Origin: Candidatus Daviesbacteria bacterium | Lineage (GTDB): Bacteria > Patescibacteriota > Microgenomatia > Daviesbacterales > UBA10151 | Assembly: GCA_016176335.1 (NCBI GenBank) | Contig: JACOXI010000003.1 | Location: forward strand, 194,477-258,476 | DNA: 64,000 bases | Direction: 5' to 3' | Notes under the pieces: generated by a model | What the model saw: the letters and a program-made list of their open reading frames with translations, nothing else | What the model was told of the DNA's origin: nothing | Database searches by the model: none | Made by a program: the position numbers and the translations under genes | In this document: piece after piece, positions 38,156 through 49,108 of the stretch | How positions within the stretch are numbered: position 1 is the first letter of the stretch | How the letters are laid out: the number at the start of each line of letters is the position of its first letter

Positions 38156-39112
38156 ATGAAAAAAATAATTGGATCAGCTGTTTTGGTTATCTTGGCAGTA
38201 TTTTTAATTCGTGGTTTTTGGGATAGTCAACTTACTCCCGTGTCATCGGAGAAAGAGACTAAATCTTTTGTAATTACAAAGGGTGGGAGTTTTTCGGAAG
38301 TTTCCAAGAAATTATCGGATGAAGGTTTGATTAAGTCTTCATTTTTCTTTACTTTTTTTGCTAAACAATCAGGTCTTTCGGATAAAATCCAGTCCGGTAC
38401 TTTTAAATTATCTCCCTCAATGTCTGCAGAGGAAATCTTAAAAACAATCACAGGTAATCCTGTAGACGATTGGGTGACCTTGCTTGAAGGATGGAGAATT
38501 GAGGAAATGGCAGAGAAACTCAATTCAGAATTCAGAATTCAGAATTCAGAATTTTTGAAAATTGCCAAGGAAGGATATATGTTTCCTGATACCTATTTGT
38601 TCCCAAAAGATTATTCGGCGGAGCAGATTGCAAAAATTATGATGGATAATTTTGAGAAAAAATATACAGAAGCGCTGCGGACAAAAATTAAGTCTTTGGG
38701 ACTATCTGAAGATCAAGGAGTCATATTGGCATCAATAGTGGAAAGAGAAGCGAGGTCGTATGAGGCAAGAAGGATGGTTGCAAGTATTCTTTTAAAAAGA
38801 CTAAAAATTGGTATGGGGCTTAATGCCGATGCAACAGTACAATATGCCACAGGTTACCAGCCCCAAGAAAAAAGCTGGTGGAAAAGACATTTAACAAAAG
38901 AAGATTTAAGGGTGGAATCACATTACAATACTTATATTTATTCCGGTTTACCGCCGACACCTATTGCAAACCCGTCTTTATCATCTCTTCAGGCAGTTGC
39001 GGATGCAGATTTGTCAATACCGTATCTTTATTATTATCACGATTCAAAAGGCAATTCATATTATGCTAAAACCTTGGATGAACACAACCAAAATATTGCA
39101 AATAACCCCTGA
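38156..39112 (+). CDS. mltG: endolytic murein transglycosylase MltG (YceG-like)
   Basis: N-terminal TM, YceG domain; conserved alaS-ruvX-mltG neighbourhood. Confidence 0.85.
   Translation: MKKIIGSAVLVILAVFLIRGFWDSQLTPVSSEKETKSFVITKGGSFSEVSKKLSDEGLIKSSFFFTFFAKQSGLSDKIQSGTFKLSPSMSAEEILKTITGNPVDDWVTLLEGWRIEEMAEKLNSEFRIQNSEFLKIAKEGYMFPDTYLFPKDYSAEQIAKIMMDNFEKKYTEALRTKIKSLGLSEDQGVILASIVEREARSYEARRMVASILLKRLKIGMGLNADATVQYATGYQPQEKSWWKRHLTKEDLRVESHYNTYIYSGLPPTPIANPSLSSLQAVADADLSIPYLYYYHDSKGNSYYAKTLDEHNQNIANNP
38522..38549. repeat. tandem heptamer repeat (AATTCAG)x4 inside the mltG coding region
   Basis: Read directly; encodes NSEFRIQNSEF. The unit is not a multiple of 3, so a copy-number change would frameshift mltG. 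Confidence 0.85.
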
Positions 39113-40263
39113 TGAATAAAAAAATTCTATATCTCCTGGCTTTTTTGATAAAAGGGTGGGAAGTATCCTTACTTTTGGTTTTGCCTATTTTACAAACACA
39201 AGGCAGAATAAATTTATTTGAATTGGGAATACTTGCCGCAACTTTTTCCATTTTTCAAATAATCACATCTCTTTTCTCTGGACACTTGGCGGAAAAATTT
39301 AGTAATAAAAGAGTAATGACTGCTGCTATATTTTTTTATGGTTTAGCCTGGCTTGTTCTTGCTACACCGATCAGTTTTATCTCTCTTTTGGTAGTGTGTT
39401 GTTTAGGAGGGATAGCCACAGGGTCGTTTATACCCCTTGCCAATTCCCAAATTGCGAAAATTGCCAACCAAAACAGAGCCAAAGAATTTGGGGACTTTAG
39501 TGCTTTTTCTGACATTGGGAGGGTAGTTTTGGTAAGCATCACAACTTTTTTGATAGGCAATGTCAGTTTATTTACCACCTCTTTAGTGTTTGCTGTTTTG
39601 GGGATTATTTCAACAGCAATCCTTGCTAAAGTGACGATTTTAAATTTTAAGGAGGAAGACTCATTGAAAAATTTACAAGCTGTCAGGTTACACCACTTAT
39701 TAAAAAATAAACGATTTATTTTTGCGGTTTTAACAGGCATGTTTGATGTATTTGCAAGTGCGTCACTTTTTATTTTCATCCCGCTGCTTTTGATACCAAA
39801 AGGGATTGATATTTCATCAGTTGGGTTTTTGAGCGCTCTATTTTTTGCAGGGTATCTTTTTGGAAGAGTCTTATTAGGGAGAATGGCAGATCAATTCGGA
39901 GATGTTAATATTTTGGTGATAGCACAAATTTTTATGGCAGTTTTGATTGTATGCCTTATATTTATAAACAATTTGATTCTGGTATCTACAATACTTTTTG
40001 TATTAGGTGTGTTTACAAGAGGAACCTCACCTGTGATTCGTGCTATGATGGCAAACGCTGTTTCCGAAAAGCATAAGTTCGATAAGGCTTTTAGTATTCA
40101 TTCTTTTTCCCTAAATACCGCAAATGTTACCAGCAGATCTGTTTATGGTTTTTCTGCAGGCATTTTTGGGATTGCCAGTGTTTTTTATTTATCGGCGCTT
40201 GTTGCATTGGCAACTTTAGTACCGCTGTACCTTTATCAAAGGTCCAAAGATCAAGGAGTCTGA
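39112..40263 (+). CDS. MFS transporter
   Basis: 383 aa, about 12 TM helices. Confidence 0.65.
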   Translation: MNKKILYLLAFLIKGWEVSLLLVLPILQTQGRINLFELGILAATFSIFQIITSLFSGHLAEKFSNKRVMTAAIFFYGLAWLVLATPISFISLLVVCCLGGIATGSFIPLANSQIAKIANQNRAKEFGDFSAFSDIGRVVLVSITTFLIGNVSLFTTSLVFAVLGIISTAILAKVTILNFKEEDSLKNLQAVRLHHLLKNKRFIFAVLTGMFDVFASASLFIFIPLLLIPKGIDISSVGFLSALFFAGYLFGRVLLGRMADQFGDVNILVIAQIFMAVLIVCLIFINNLILVSTILFVLGVFTRGTSPVIRAMMANAVSEKHKFDKAFSIHSFSLNTANVTSRSVYGFSAGIFGIASVFYLSALVALATLVPLYLYQRSKDQGV

Positions 40264-40264
40264 A

Positions 40265-40660
40265 ATGTATGAGCAGGGCTTGCGACTTCGTCTAAAATTC
40301 TGGGGGAAAGTAAGAAAAGCAAATCTTAGAGGGAAAAAGTTGGGATTTCCTACTGCCAATATGAATTTATCTAGAAAAATACCTGAAGGGATCTATATTT
40401 CTAAAGCTAGAATAGCTGGGGTAGAATATAAATCACTGACCTTTATAGGTGAGGCCAAAACATTTGGCGAAAAAAAATTCCAAGCAGAAACATACATTTT
40501 GAATTTTAGTAGAAATCTATATGATAAATGGATTACAGTAGAACTTTTCAAAAAGATTCGTGGTAATAAAAAATTTAAATCAGCTAAAGACTTGGTAGAG
40601 CAGATGAAGGAAGACGAGAGAAAAGCAAGAGATTTTTTTTACCTCTTGACGAAGAGGTAA
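40265..40660 (+). CDS. riboflavin kinase domain protein (RibF C-terminal-like, standalone)
   Basis: GKKLGFPTANM (GxPTAN) and downstream E..Y motif of riboflavin kinase; no FAD-synthetase N-domain. Confidence 0.65.
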   Translation: MYEQGLRLRLKFWGKVRKANLRGKKLGFPTANMNLSRKIPEGIYISKARIAGVEYKSLTFIGEAKTFGEKKFQAETYILNFSRNLYDKWITVELFKKIRGNKKFKSAKDLVEQMKEDERKARDFFYLLTKR

Positions 40661-40790
40661 GATTTGTGCTATCTTATAAATAATTAAATAAGAAATATCA
40701 GAGGCGTACGGGAACGTATGCTTCATTTCGTTGATTCGCTAATACAGAAGGATATTATCGAGCAAAGCTGTCCAAATAGGCCATCTACTA

Positions 40791-43700
40791 ATGTCTTTAC
40801 AAGCTTTTGAATTAAATCAAACCCGTAAGTCGTGGAGCAAAGCATCTGCCTTGACCCCGGAGCTCAACCTAATAAAAATTCAACTTGATTCTTACAAATG
40901 GTTTCTCACTGATGGTATAAAGGAAGTATTAGAAGAAATAACCCCGGTTGAGGATTTTACAGGCAAAAATTGGTCTTTGGAACTCGGGTCATATTCATTT
41001 GGTAAGTCAAAATACACTCCGGAGCTTGCCAAGATGAAGGGAGTAACTTTCGATGCGCCTCTTAAGATAGAGGCCATTTTAATAAATAAACAAACAGGAA
41101 AAAGGACCAAACAGGAAGTGTTTTTAGGTGACATCCCCCAAATGACAGAGAAGGGAACTTTTATTATAAACGGGGTTGAAAGAGTGATCATTAATCAATT
41201 GGTTCGTTCCCCTGGAGTGTTTTTTTCGGCAGCGGACGACCCCATTACAGGAAGAAGGCTTTACTCTGCAGAAATTAGGCCATATAGAGGTTCTTGGTTA
41301 GAATTTTCAATATCCAGAACCGGTGTGTTAACAGCCAAAATTGACAGAAGAAGAAAATTTGCGGCAACCACCTTGCTTCGCGCCTTGGGTTTTTCCGAGT
41401 CCGAAACCATCATTGAACTGTTCAGCGATGTGGATACCGCGGAGGATAAACGTATCGAGACAACGCTGTCGAAAGACCCAACACAAAACAGCGATGAGGC
41501 ACTGCTGGAGATTTTTAGAAAGATGCGGCCCGGGGATCCTGTAGTTTTGGATAATGCCAAAAGCTTACTGGACGGGATGTTTTTCAACTCCAGGCGCTAC
41601 AATTTAACCAGAGTAGGACGCTACAAAATAAATAAAAGATTAGCATTAGATACCCCAAATAGTGCGGACAATTGGATTCTGACGAATAACGATATTGTAG
41701 CCACCTTAAAATACCTGATAAAACTTTCAAATGGTTTGGGGAAAGTAGATGATATAGATCATTTAGCCAACAGAAGAGTTAAGTGTGCGGGAGAACTGGT
41801 ACAACAAAATGCCTTCAGAATTGGAGTATTAAGGTTAGAACGAATTATCAAAGAAAGAATGAGCCTGACTGCGGCAGATCAGGAACCTACTCCCGGCAGT
41901 TTAATCAATGCCAAGCCTGTGATTGCAGCAGTCAATGAGTTTTTCCGTTCATCTCAACTTTCTTCTATCTTGGATCAGGTTAACCCTTTGTCAGAATTGG
42001 ATCATTTAAGAAGATTGTCTGTTATGGGTGTAGGAGGAATCACCAGAGATCGGGCTTCCTTTTCGGTTCGTGATATAAATCATTCCCAATACGGCAGAAT
42101 TGATCCAATCCGCTCTCCCGAAGGACAAAATATCGGTTTGGTCACTTATCTTGCTTTATACGCTAGGATAAACGAATATGGGTTTTTGGAAACGCCTTAC
42201 AGAAAGGTTGTTTTAGAGCGCGGAAAGCCTCGGATAACCAATACAATAATCTATCTTACGGCTGACGATGAAGAGGATTATCATATTACGGAAGCAACTG
42301 TTAATGTTGATCCAAAAGGCAATATTGTAGATGATCGAGTTCCAACTAGATTCCAAGGAAGTTTTTTTGAGGGCGAATCAAAGCAAATTTCTTTAATTGA
42401 TATCTCACCGCAGCAAATTTTTGGCACATCGGCAGCATTGATCCCCTTTTTGGCAAATGATGATGCAAACAGGGCTTTGATGGGAACTCAAATGCAATGT
42501 CAGGCCGTACCTTTGCTTATCCCTTCCGCTCCAATCGTAGGTACTGGTATGGAAAGGATTGTTGCGGATAACATGGGAAGAGTAGTAAGAGCTCCTGAAG
42601 ATGGAGTTGTTATATCTGTTGATGGTGAAAAACTGATCTTAAAGGGTAAAAGGCAGGAATATAAATTTGAGATTAAAAAGTTTATTCATTCACCTCAAGG
42701 AACCTGTTATTCGCAAAGGCCCGTTGCCAAACTAGGACAAAAAGTTAAAAAAGAAGATCTCTTGATTGATGGCGTTGCAACACAAAACGGAGAATTGGCT
42801 TTGGGTCAAAATCTTTTGATTGCTTATATGAGTTTTGAAGGGTTGGGTTATGAGGATGCAATAGTTATTTCCGACAAACTTGTCAAAGAAGATCTTTTGA
42901 CCTCAATCCATATTGAAGAATATGAAGTTGATGTTGTGGAAACGAAATTAGGATTGGAGGAGTTAACCCGCGACATTCCCAACGTGTCTGAAGATGCGTT
43001 GAGAAATTTGGATGAAAAAGGGATTGTCAGAATTGGTGCCGAAGTTGGGCCAAACGATATTTTGGTTGGCAAAGTTCAACCAAAAGGCGAGACGGAGTTA
43101 ACTGCCGAGGAAAGACTGCTTAGGGCAATATTTGGAGAAAAAGCAAAGGAAGTTCGCGACACGTCTTTAAGGGTTCCACACGGTGAGCGGGGGACAGTAA
43201 TCGGGGTGCAGATACTCTCACGCGACGAAGGAGATGAGTTGGATACCGGGACGCTGATGAGAATTAAAGTCAAGGTGGCACAGATGAGAAAAGTGACCGA
43301 AGGGGATAAGTTGGCAGGAAGACATGGGAACAAAGGGGTTATTTCAAAGATTGTTCCAGTATCGGACATGCCTCATTTGGAAGATGGGACACCGGTTGAT
43401 ATTATTATTTCTCCCTTGTCTGTGTTATCCCGTATGAATTTGGGTCAGCTTTTGGAAACCCACTGGGGTTTTGCCGCACAAAAATTGGGTTATAAAATTG
43501 CCGCTCCTGTTTTTGAGAAGATGCCGGAGGATATGTTAATTATCGAGTTTAGAAAAGCAGGACTTCCGGTTGACGGGAAGGTCAGACTTATTGACGGAAG
43601 AAACGGAGAGCCGTTTGATAACACAATTGTTGTCGGAAGAAATTATATTTTAAAGCTGATCCACATGGTTGAGGAAAAAATTCATGCCCGCTCTACAGGA

Positions 43701-44132
43701 CCATATTCCTTGGTTACTCAACAACCTTTGGGAGGCAAAGCTCAAATGGGTGGACAAAGGTTGGGAGAGATGGAAGTTTGGGCTTTGGAAGCGTATGGCG
43801 CTGCCCATATCCTACAGGAAATGTTAACTATCAAATCAGATGATGTGGTGGGCCGAGCTAAAGCTTTCGAGGCAATTGTCAAGGGGATTGATATACCTCA
43901 AGCGTTGGTTCCCGAATCATTTAAGGTTTTAGTAAAAGAATTGCAGGCTTTAGGGTTGTCAGTTGAGACTTTGGGAGCAAAAATAGTGCAAGTGCCTGAA
44001 GTTGAAGAAAAAGCGGAAGTTTTACGTGAGGTAGCTCAAATGGAACAAGTTTTAGAAGCAAAGCCTTTGGCCACCGAAGGTGAGTTGGAAGCGGAAGGCA
44101 GCCCGTTTGAGGTGGTTGATGCGAAGGAGTAA
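40791..44132 (+). CDS. rpoB: DNA-directed RNA polymerase subunit beta
   Basis: 1113 aa; conserved beta-subunit blocks and the signature residue motifs of beta regions. Confidence 0.97.
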   Translation: MSLQAFELNQTRKSWSKASALTPELNLIKIQLDSYKWFLTDGIKEVLEEITPVEDFTGKNWSLELGSYSFGKSKYTPELAKMKGVTFDAPLKIEAILINKQTGKRTKQEVFLGDIPQMTEKGTFIINGVERVIINQLVRSPGVFFSAADDPITGRRLYSAEIRPYRGSWLEFSISRTGVLTAKIDRRRKFAATTLLRALGFSESETIIELFSDVDTAEDKRIETTLSKDPTQNSDEALLEIFRKMRPGDPVVLDNAKSLLDGMFFNSRRYNLTRVGRYKINKRLALDTPNSADNWILTNNDIVATLKYLIKLSNGLGKVDDIDHLANRRVKCAGELVQQNAFRIGVLRLERIIKERMSLTAADQEPTPGSLINAKPVIAAVNEFFRSSQLSSILDQVNPLSELDHLRRLSVMGVGGITRDRASFSVRDINHSQYGRIDPIRSPEGQNIGLVTYLALYARINEYGFLETPYRKVVLERGKPRITNTIIYLTADDEEDYHITEATVNVDPKGNIVDDRVPTRFQGSFFEGESKQISLIDISPQQIFGTSAALIPFLANDDANRALMGTQMQCQAVPLLIPSAPIVGTGMERIVADNMGRVVRAPEDGVVISVDGEKLILKGKRQEYKFEIKKFIHSPQGTCYSQRPVAKLGQKVKKEDLLIDGVATQNGELALGQNLLIAYMSFEGLGYEDAIVISDKLVKEDLLTSIHIEEYEVDVVETKLGLEELTRDIPNVSEDALRNLDEKGIVRIGAEVGPNDILVGKVQPKGETELTAEERLLRAIFGEKAKEVRDTSLRVPHGERGTVIGVQILSRDEGDELDTGTLMRIKVKVAQMRKVTEGDKLAGRHGNKGVISKIVPVSDMPHLEDGTPVDIIISPLSVLSRMNLGQLLETHWGFAAQKLGYKIAAPVFEKMPEDMLIIEFRKAGLPVDGKVRLIDGRNGEPFDNTIVVGRNYILKLIHMVEEKIHARSTGPYSLVTQQPLGGKAQMGGQRLGEMEVWALEAYGAAHILQEMLTIKSDDVVGRAKAFEAIVKGIDIPQALVPESFKVLVKELQALGLSVETLGAKIVQVPEVEEKAEVLREVAQMEQVLEAKPLATEGELEAEGSPFEVVDAKE

Positions 44133-44137
44133 ATATT

Positions 44138-47100
44138 ATGAACGATCTTTTGGATTTTGAAAGCTTAAAATTGACTGTGGCAAGCCCGGAACAGATCCGC
44201 AGCTGGTCTTTTGGGGAAGTGACAAAGCCTGAAACTATAAATTATAGAACCTTAAAGGCAGAAAAAGACGGGCTATTTTCGGAAAATATTTTCGGACCGA
44301 CCAAAGATTACGAATGTTACTGCGGAAAATATAAAAGAATAAGGTATCGGGGGGTTATTTGTGATAAATGCGGAGTTGAAGTAACCCAGTCTAAAGTAAG
44401 GCGTGAGAGGATGGGTCATATCAACCTGGCCTCCCCTGTTGCGCATACCTGGTTTGTTAAAGGCGCGCCTTCAAAATTATCACTAGTACTTAATATTTCT
44501 CCTAAAAATTTGGAAGCGGTGGTTTATTTTGCATCATACCTTATTATCGCTGTTGATCCCGAAGGAAAAGCGAAAGCTTTGGAAAAATTAGAGAAAGATT
44601 TGCAAGATAAAATTGAGGAGTCTAAAAAAGGACTGGACAAAAACAGTAAGGGTTTGGACGATTTGCTTACAAAGGACCTTGCGCTTTTGAAGAAGAAACT
44701 GGAAAAAGAAAAATTCGAGCTTGAATCACAAGAATTGGAGCTAAAAAGCAGATCAGAAAAACAAAAATTAAGGGATAATCATGTTGTGGAGCAGGGGCAG
44801 CTTGAGGGTATTTTCAAGGCTGTTTCGGATTTGGTAAAGTCTGTGGTGCCTTCGGAACTGTTATCGGAGGAAGAATACTACAAACTTGTAGAATATGGAG
44901 TGGCGGATTTTGTGACAGTTGGTATGGGTGCTGAAAGTCTTCTTGAGACTTTGAAAAAACTTGATTTGGACAAACTGTCAGCACATTTGCGTGATGAGGT
45001 AAGAAAATCCACAGGACAAAAGCATATTAAGGCCACTAAAAGGTTGAGGATTATTGAAGGTATGCGTTCTGTCGGGATTTTGCCGGAATGGTTGGTTCTC
45101 CAGGTGTTGCCGATTCTCCCTCCGGATCTTCGTCCGATGGTTCAACTGCCGGGTGGAAGATTTGCCACATCGGATCTTAATGATTTATACAGAAGGGTCA
45201 TTAACAGAAATAACAGATTAAATAAACTGATTAATTTGGGTGCGCCTGAAATAATTTTGCGAAATGAAAAAAGAATGTTGCAGGAAGCGGTTGATTCACT
45301 TATTGATGCATCATCCAGATCATCAAGAAGGGGAGGTCCGGCAGTTTCCCACAATTTAAGATCTCTTTCCGATATGTTGAGGGGTAAACAAGGGAGATTC
45401 AGACAAAACCTTTTAGGGAAAAGGGTTGATTATTCGGGAAGATCGGTGATTGTGGTTGGACCAAAACTTAAGTTGGATCAGGTAGGACTGCCTAAAGAAA
45501 TGGCCTTGGAAATGTTTAAACCTTTTGTTTTAAGAGAACTGATTGCAAGAGGGTTGGCATCAAATGTTAAGGGTGCAAAAAATGTTTTGGAAGCCCGCCC
45601 TTCCGAAGTTTGGGATATTTTGGAAGAAATTATCACCGGCCATCCGATTTTGATAAACCGTGCCCCAACTTTACACAGACTGGGTATTCAAGCATTTTAC
45701 CCGGTGTTGGTTAATGGCTCTGCGATCCAGGTGCATCCTTGTATTTGTGCTGGGTTTAATGCGGATTTTGACGGAGACCAGATGGCAGTTCATGTGCCCT
45801 TATCACAAAAAGCACAAGATGAGGCAAAGCAATTGATGATGGCAAGAGAAAATATCTTTGGTCCTGCTCATGCACAACCCATCACTGTTCCAAACAGAGA
45901 AATGGCCTTAGGTTGTTATTACCTGACATATATTCCTGATTCTGAAAGTTTGAAAGAGCTCTCCGATTTTGTATCAGCGGAAGATGCGATCAGAGCTTAT
46001 CAACTAGGGAAAATTAAAATTCAACAAAAGATCAAAGTTAAAGTAAATGACGAGATTTTGGAAACATCCGTAGGCAGGATTCTTTTTAATCAGGTTCTGC
46101 CAATTCATATGAAATTTATTAATTCTGTTGTCAAGGGTTTGACCATCAGAGATCTAATTTTGAAAGCAACAGAAACACTTTCTAAACAAGAAGTTTCCGA
46201 TCTGATAGATAATATCAAAAGAATCGGATTTTGGGGCGTAACATTATCTGGAATTTCAATTTCGATTTTTGATGCAAGAATTGTTCCCGAAAAGCAAAAA
46301 TATTTGGATGAGGCAGAAATTGAGATAGAAAAGATTGAAGGCAATGTGACCAAGGGCTTAATTACACCCGTAGAAAAATTACAATTATCACAGATGGTTT
46401 GGATTAAGACAACGGAAGATTTGGCAAACGCTACTTGGGATTTCTTAGGCCCGCAAAACCCAATCAGGATGATGGTTGAAGCAGGGGCAAGAGGATCAAG
46501 AGATCAGGCAAAACAGCTTTCAGCCATGAGAGGATTATCAACAGACCCAACAGGTAAAATTGTGGAACTGCCGACAAAATCAAATTACAGACAAGGTCTT
46601 TCTGTATTTGAATACTTTACATCTGCAAGGGGGGCCAGGAAAGGTGTTGCGGATAAAGCCTTAAAAACTGCCGATGCAGGGTATTTGACCAGAAGATTGG
46701 TGGATATTGCTCATGATGTGATTATCAGAAATGAAGATTGCCAAACATCAGAGGGGTTGGAGTATGACATTTCAAAAACTTCCTTCAATACCGCAAGAGA
46801 GAAGCTTTTAGGAAGAGTGGTTTTGGAAAATATTACCGCAGCTCACGGCCGCAAAGTGTTGTTTAAAGCGGAAACAATTTTCACAGAAAAAGTCATACAA
46901 ACTCTTATTAAAGAAGACATTACCAAAGTTGTAGCCAGATCTCCGCTTACTTGTAAGGCGCCTTATGGGATTTGCAGCAAGTGTTACGGACTTGATTTAA
47001 CCACAAGGGAGCAAGTTGTAATTGGTACACCGGTTGGGGTTGTTGCCGCCCAAGCAATCGGTGAACCCGGAACACAACTGACCATGAGAACATTTCACAC

Positions 47101-47830
47101 AGGAGGAATTGTGGGTTTAGATATTACTCAAGGTTTGCCAAGAGTTGAAGAACTATTTGAAGCTAGAACTCCCAAAGTTGTCGCTCCTATGTCTGAAATT
47201 GCAGGAAAGGTTTCTATCTTGGAAACCGAATTAGGGATCAGAGTCAGAGTGAAAACTACCACCAAACCATACGAGGAGAGAGAATATATTATTCCCGTAA
47301 CAGCCACCCTTTTGGTTGAAGAAGATCAATTGATTGACGGGGGGACAATTTTGGCCTCCGGCCACATTGATATAAAGGAGATACTGCGGGTACAAGGCTT
47401 GCGAGCGGCACAAAGATATATTGTAGATGAGGTAAGATCGGTTTATGAATCACAGGGTGTACCTATTAACGAAAAACATTTTGAGGTAATTGTCAGGAAG
47501 ATGTCTGATAAAGTAAGAATTGAATCTCAAGGGGATACTAACCTGTTGCCGGGTGAGATCGTGGATCAAATTAAGTTTGAGGATGAAAATAAAAGGGTTT
47601 TGGCATCAGGCGGTGAACCGGCAACAGCAGAAGTTGTGATTTTGGGAATCACCAGGACTTCTTTGCAAACAGACAGCTTTTTGTCTGCTGCTTCATTCCA
47701 GGAAACCACCACCATTCTTTCTGATGCGGCAATTCAGGGTAAAGTTGATCACCTGCTAGGCTTGAAAGAAAATGTTATAATTGGTCGTTTGATCCCAACA
47801 AGTCCCGAGAGAGTAAAAATAAGGGGATAA
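44138..47830 (+). CDS. rpoC: DNA-directed RNA polymerase subunit beta'
   Basis: 1230 aa; zinc-binding CYCGKY..CDKCGVEV, NADFDGD catalytic motif. Confidence 0.97.
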   Translation: MNDLLDFESLKLTVASPEQIRSWSFGEVTKPETINYRTLKAEKDGLFSENIFGPTKDYECYCGKYKRIRYRGVICDKCGVEVTQSKVRRERMGHINLASPVAHTWFVKGAPSKLSLVLNISPKNLEAVVYFASYLIIAVDPEGKAKALEKLEKDLQDKIEESKKGLDKNSKGLDDLLTKDLALLKKKLEKEKFELESQELELKSRSEKQKLRDNHVVEQGQLEGIFKAVSDLVKSVVPSELLSEEEYYKLVEYGVADFVTVGMGAESLLETLKKLDLDKLSAHLRDEVRKSTGQKHIKATKRLRIIEGMRSVGILPEWLVLQVLPILPPDLRPMVQLPGGRFATSDLNDLYRRVINRNNRLNKLINLGAPEIILRNEKRMLQEAVDSLIDASSRSSRRGGPAVSHNLRSLSDMLRGKQGRFRQNLLGKRVDYSGRSVIVVGPKLKLDQVGLPKEMALEMFKPFVLRELIARGLASNVKGAKNVLEARPSEVWDILEEIITGHPILINRAPTLHRLGIQAFYPVLVNGSAIQVHPCICAGFNADFDGDQMAVHVPLSQKAQDEAKQLMMARENIFGPAHAQPITVPNREMALGCYYLTYIPDSESLKELSDFVSAEDAIRAYQLGKIKIQQKIKVKVNDEILETSVGRILFNQVLPIHMKFINSVVKGLTIRDLILKATETLSKQEVSDLIDNIKRIGFWGVTLSGISISIFDARIVPEKQKYLDEAEIEIEKIEGNVTKGLITPVEKLQLSQMVWIKTTEDLANATWDFLGPQNPIRMMVEAGARGSRDQAKQLSAMRGLSTDPTGKIVELPTKSNYRQGLSVFEYFTSARGARKGVADKALKTADAGYLTRRLVDIAHDVIIRNEDCQTSEGLEYDISKTSFNTAREKLLGRVVLENITAAHGRKVLFKAETIFTEKVIQTLIKEDITKVVARSPLTCKAPYGICSKCYGLDLTTREQVVIGTPVGVVAAQAIGEPGTQLTMRTFHTGGIVGLDITQGLPRVEELFEARTPKVVAPMSEIAGKVSILETELGIRVRVKTTTKPYEEREYIIPVTATLLVEEDQLIDGGTILASGHIDIKEILRVQGLRAAQRYIVDEVRSVYESQGVPINEKHFEVIVRKMSDKVRIESQGDTNLLPGEIVDQIKFEDENKRVLASGGEPATAEVVILGITRTSLQTDSFLSAASFQETTTILSDAAIQGKVDHLLGLKENVIIGRLIPTSPERVKIRG

Positions 47831-47851
47831 AGGAATTAAGGAATTTGAGGT

Positions 47852-48331
47852 ATGCCAACTATAAATCAACTGGTCAGAAAAAGCAGAAAAAAGATTGTCA
47901 AAAAAGTTAAGGCAACTGCTCTCCGTCGAAGCTTTAATGGTAAAGACAGACGATATACTCAAAATTTTAACCCGCAAAAGCGGGGGGTGGTGACGCTGGT
48001 CAAAACCATGACTCCTAAAAAACCCAATTCAGCCTTGCGAAAAGTGGCCAGAGTGAGACTTTCGAACCGAACAGAAGTCACGGCATATATACAAGGAGAA
48101 GGGCACTCTTTGGCAGAACACGGAATTGTGCTGGTTCGAGGCGGAAGGGTAAAGGATTTACCTGGTGTAAAATACCATTTAATTCGCGGTAAACTTGATT
48201 TGGCAGGGGTACAGGGCAGAAAACAGGCAAGATCAAAGTATGGAGCAAAGGTTGGGGGAGCAGTTGCTACCCCAAGACCTGTTGGTCTGTCAGGCGGGGC
48301 GCCAGCACCTGCTGCACCGGAGGGAATATAA
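47852..48331 (+). CDS. rpsL: 30S ribosomal protein S12 (with about 25-aa Gly/Ala/Pro C-terminal extension)
   Basis: PTINQLVRK...[15 protein letters not shown]...[10 protein letters not shown]12 signature. Confidence 0.95.
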   Translation: MPTINQLVRKSRKKIVKKVKATALRRSFNGKDRRYTQNFNPQKRGVVTLVKTMTPKKPNSALRKVARVRLSNRTEVTAYIQGEGHSLAEHGIVLVRGGRVKDLPGVKYHLIRGKLDLAGVQGRKQARSKYGAKVGGAVATPRPVGLSGGAPAPAAPEGI

Positions 48332-48334
48332 TTT

Positions 48335-48811
48335 ATGAGGAGTAAAAAGGCTGAAAAAAGAATCATTGTCCCTGATCCGCTTTATAATTCAAGATTGCTT
48401 GCGAAATTTATCAATAAGGTCATGAAAGAGGGTAAAAAGAGTACAGCACAGACAGTAGTTTATAAAGCCTTGGAGATTATCAAGGAACAATCAAAACAAG
48501 AGCCTTTGGGAGTTTTTGAAAAAGCTTTGCAAAATGTTTCCCCAAAAATGGAGGTTAAACCAAGAAGAGTGGGCGGAGCATCATATCAGGTTCCGATTGA
48601 GGTTCGTGGGGATAGGAAAGAAGCTTTATCAATCAGATGGGTTATTACCGGGGCCAGAGCAAGGTCAAATTCCACATTTCATACTTTTGCCCAAAAACTG
48701 GCAGCAGAACTTTTGGATGCTGCCAATAATACAGGTTCTGCTATCAAAAAGAGAGATGACATGCTGCGAATGGCTAATGCAAATAGGGCATTTGCCCACT
48801 TTAGATGGTAA
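48335..48811 (+). CDS. rpsG: 30S ribosomal protein S7
   Basis: S7 family conservation across the full 158 aa. Confidence 0.95.
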   Translation: MRSKKAEKRIIVPDPLYNSRLLAKFINKVMKEGKKSTAQTVVYKALEIIKEQSKQEPLGVFEKALQNVSPKMEVKPRRVGGASYQVPIEVRGDRKEALSIRWVITGARARSNSTFHTFAQKLAAELLDAANNTGSAIKKRDDMLRMANANRAFAHFRW

Positions 48812-48820
48812 TATAAATAT

Positions 48821-49081
48821 ATGTCTGTAGAGAACGTTGATAAAAATCCTTCAGGTCGATTAGGTCCAGCAACTCTAAGAGAACTGGTGGGAGATCTTAG
48901 TGATCATGATAGGCATCATGAAGCTACAGATAGAATAGAAGCCTTGGTAAGAATGGGTCCATCATTAGGTACTTTAGTTAGGGGGTTATCATTAGAGCCA
49001 TCTCTTCCTGGACGTTCTTCGCGTTCATATCACAGGTCCAGAGGCCGAAGAAGGTTTTCTGCACCAGGATTTGACTTTTAG
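48821..49081 (+). CDS. unassigned 86-aa ORF (low-complexity, Arg/Ser-rich); may instead be non-coding
   Basis: Open frame only; no family resemblance. Followed by a strong intrinsic terminator. Confidence 0.2.
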   Translation: MSVENVDKNPSGRLGPATLRELVGDLSDHDRHHEATDRIEALVRMGPSLGTLVRGLSLEPSLPGRSSRSYHRSRGRRRFSAPGFDF

Positions 49082-49108
49082 GTTCAAAGTCAGTATCATT
49101 AATACTTG

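Noticed and set aside
40641-40659. Hairpin ACCTCTT-GACG-AAGAGGT at the riboflavin-kinase stop as a terminator
   Set aside because: T-tract precedes rather than follows the stem on the + strand, and on the - strand it is followed by A's; it does not fit intrinsic-terminator geometry.
48845-48885. AGGTCGATTAGGTCCAGCA resembles the SRP (4.5S) RNA domain IV core AGGUCCGGAAGGAAGCAGC
   Set aside because: The GGAA tetraloop and symmetric-loop nucleotides are missing and no flanking helix can be drawn; similarity is limited to a few bases.
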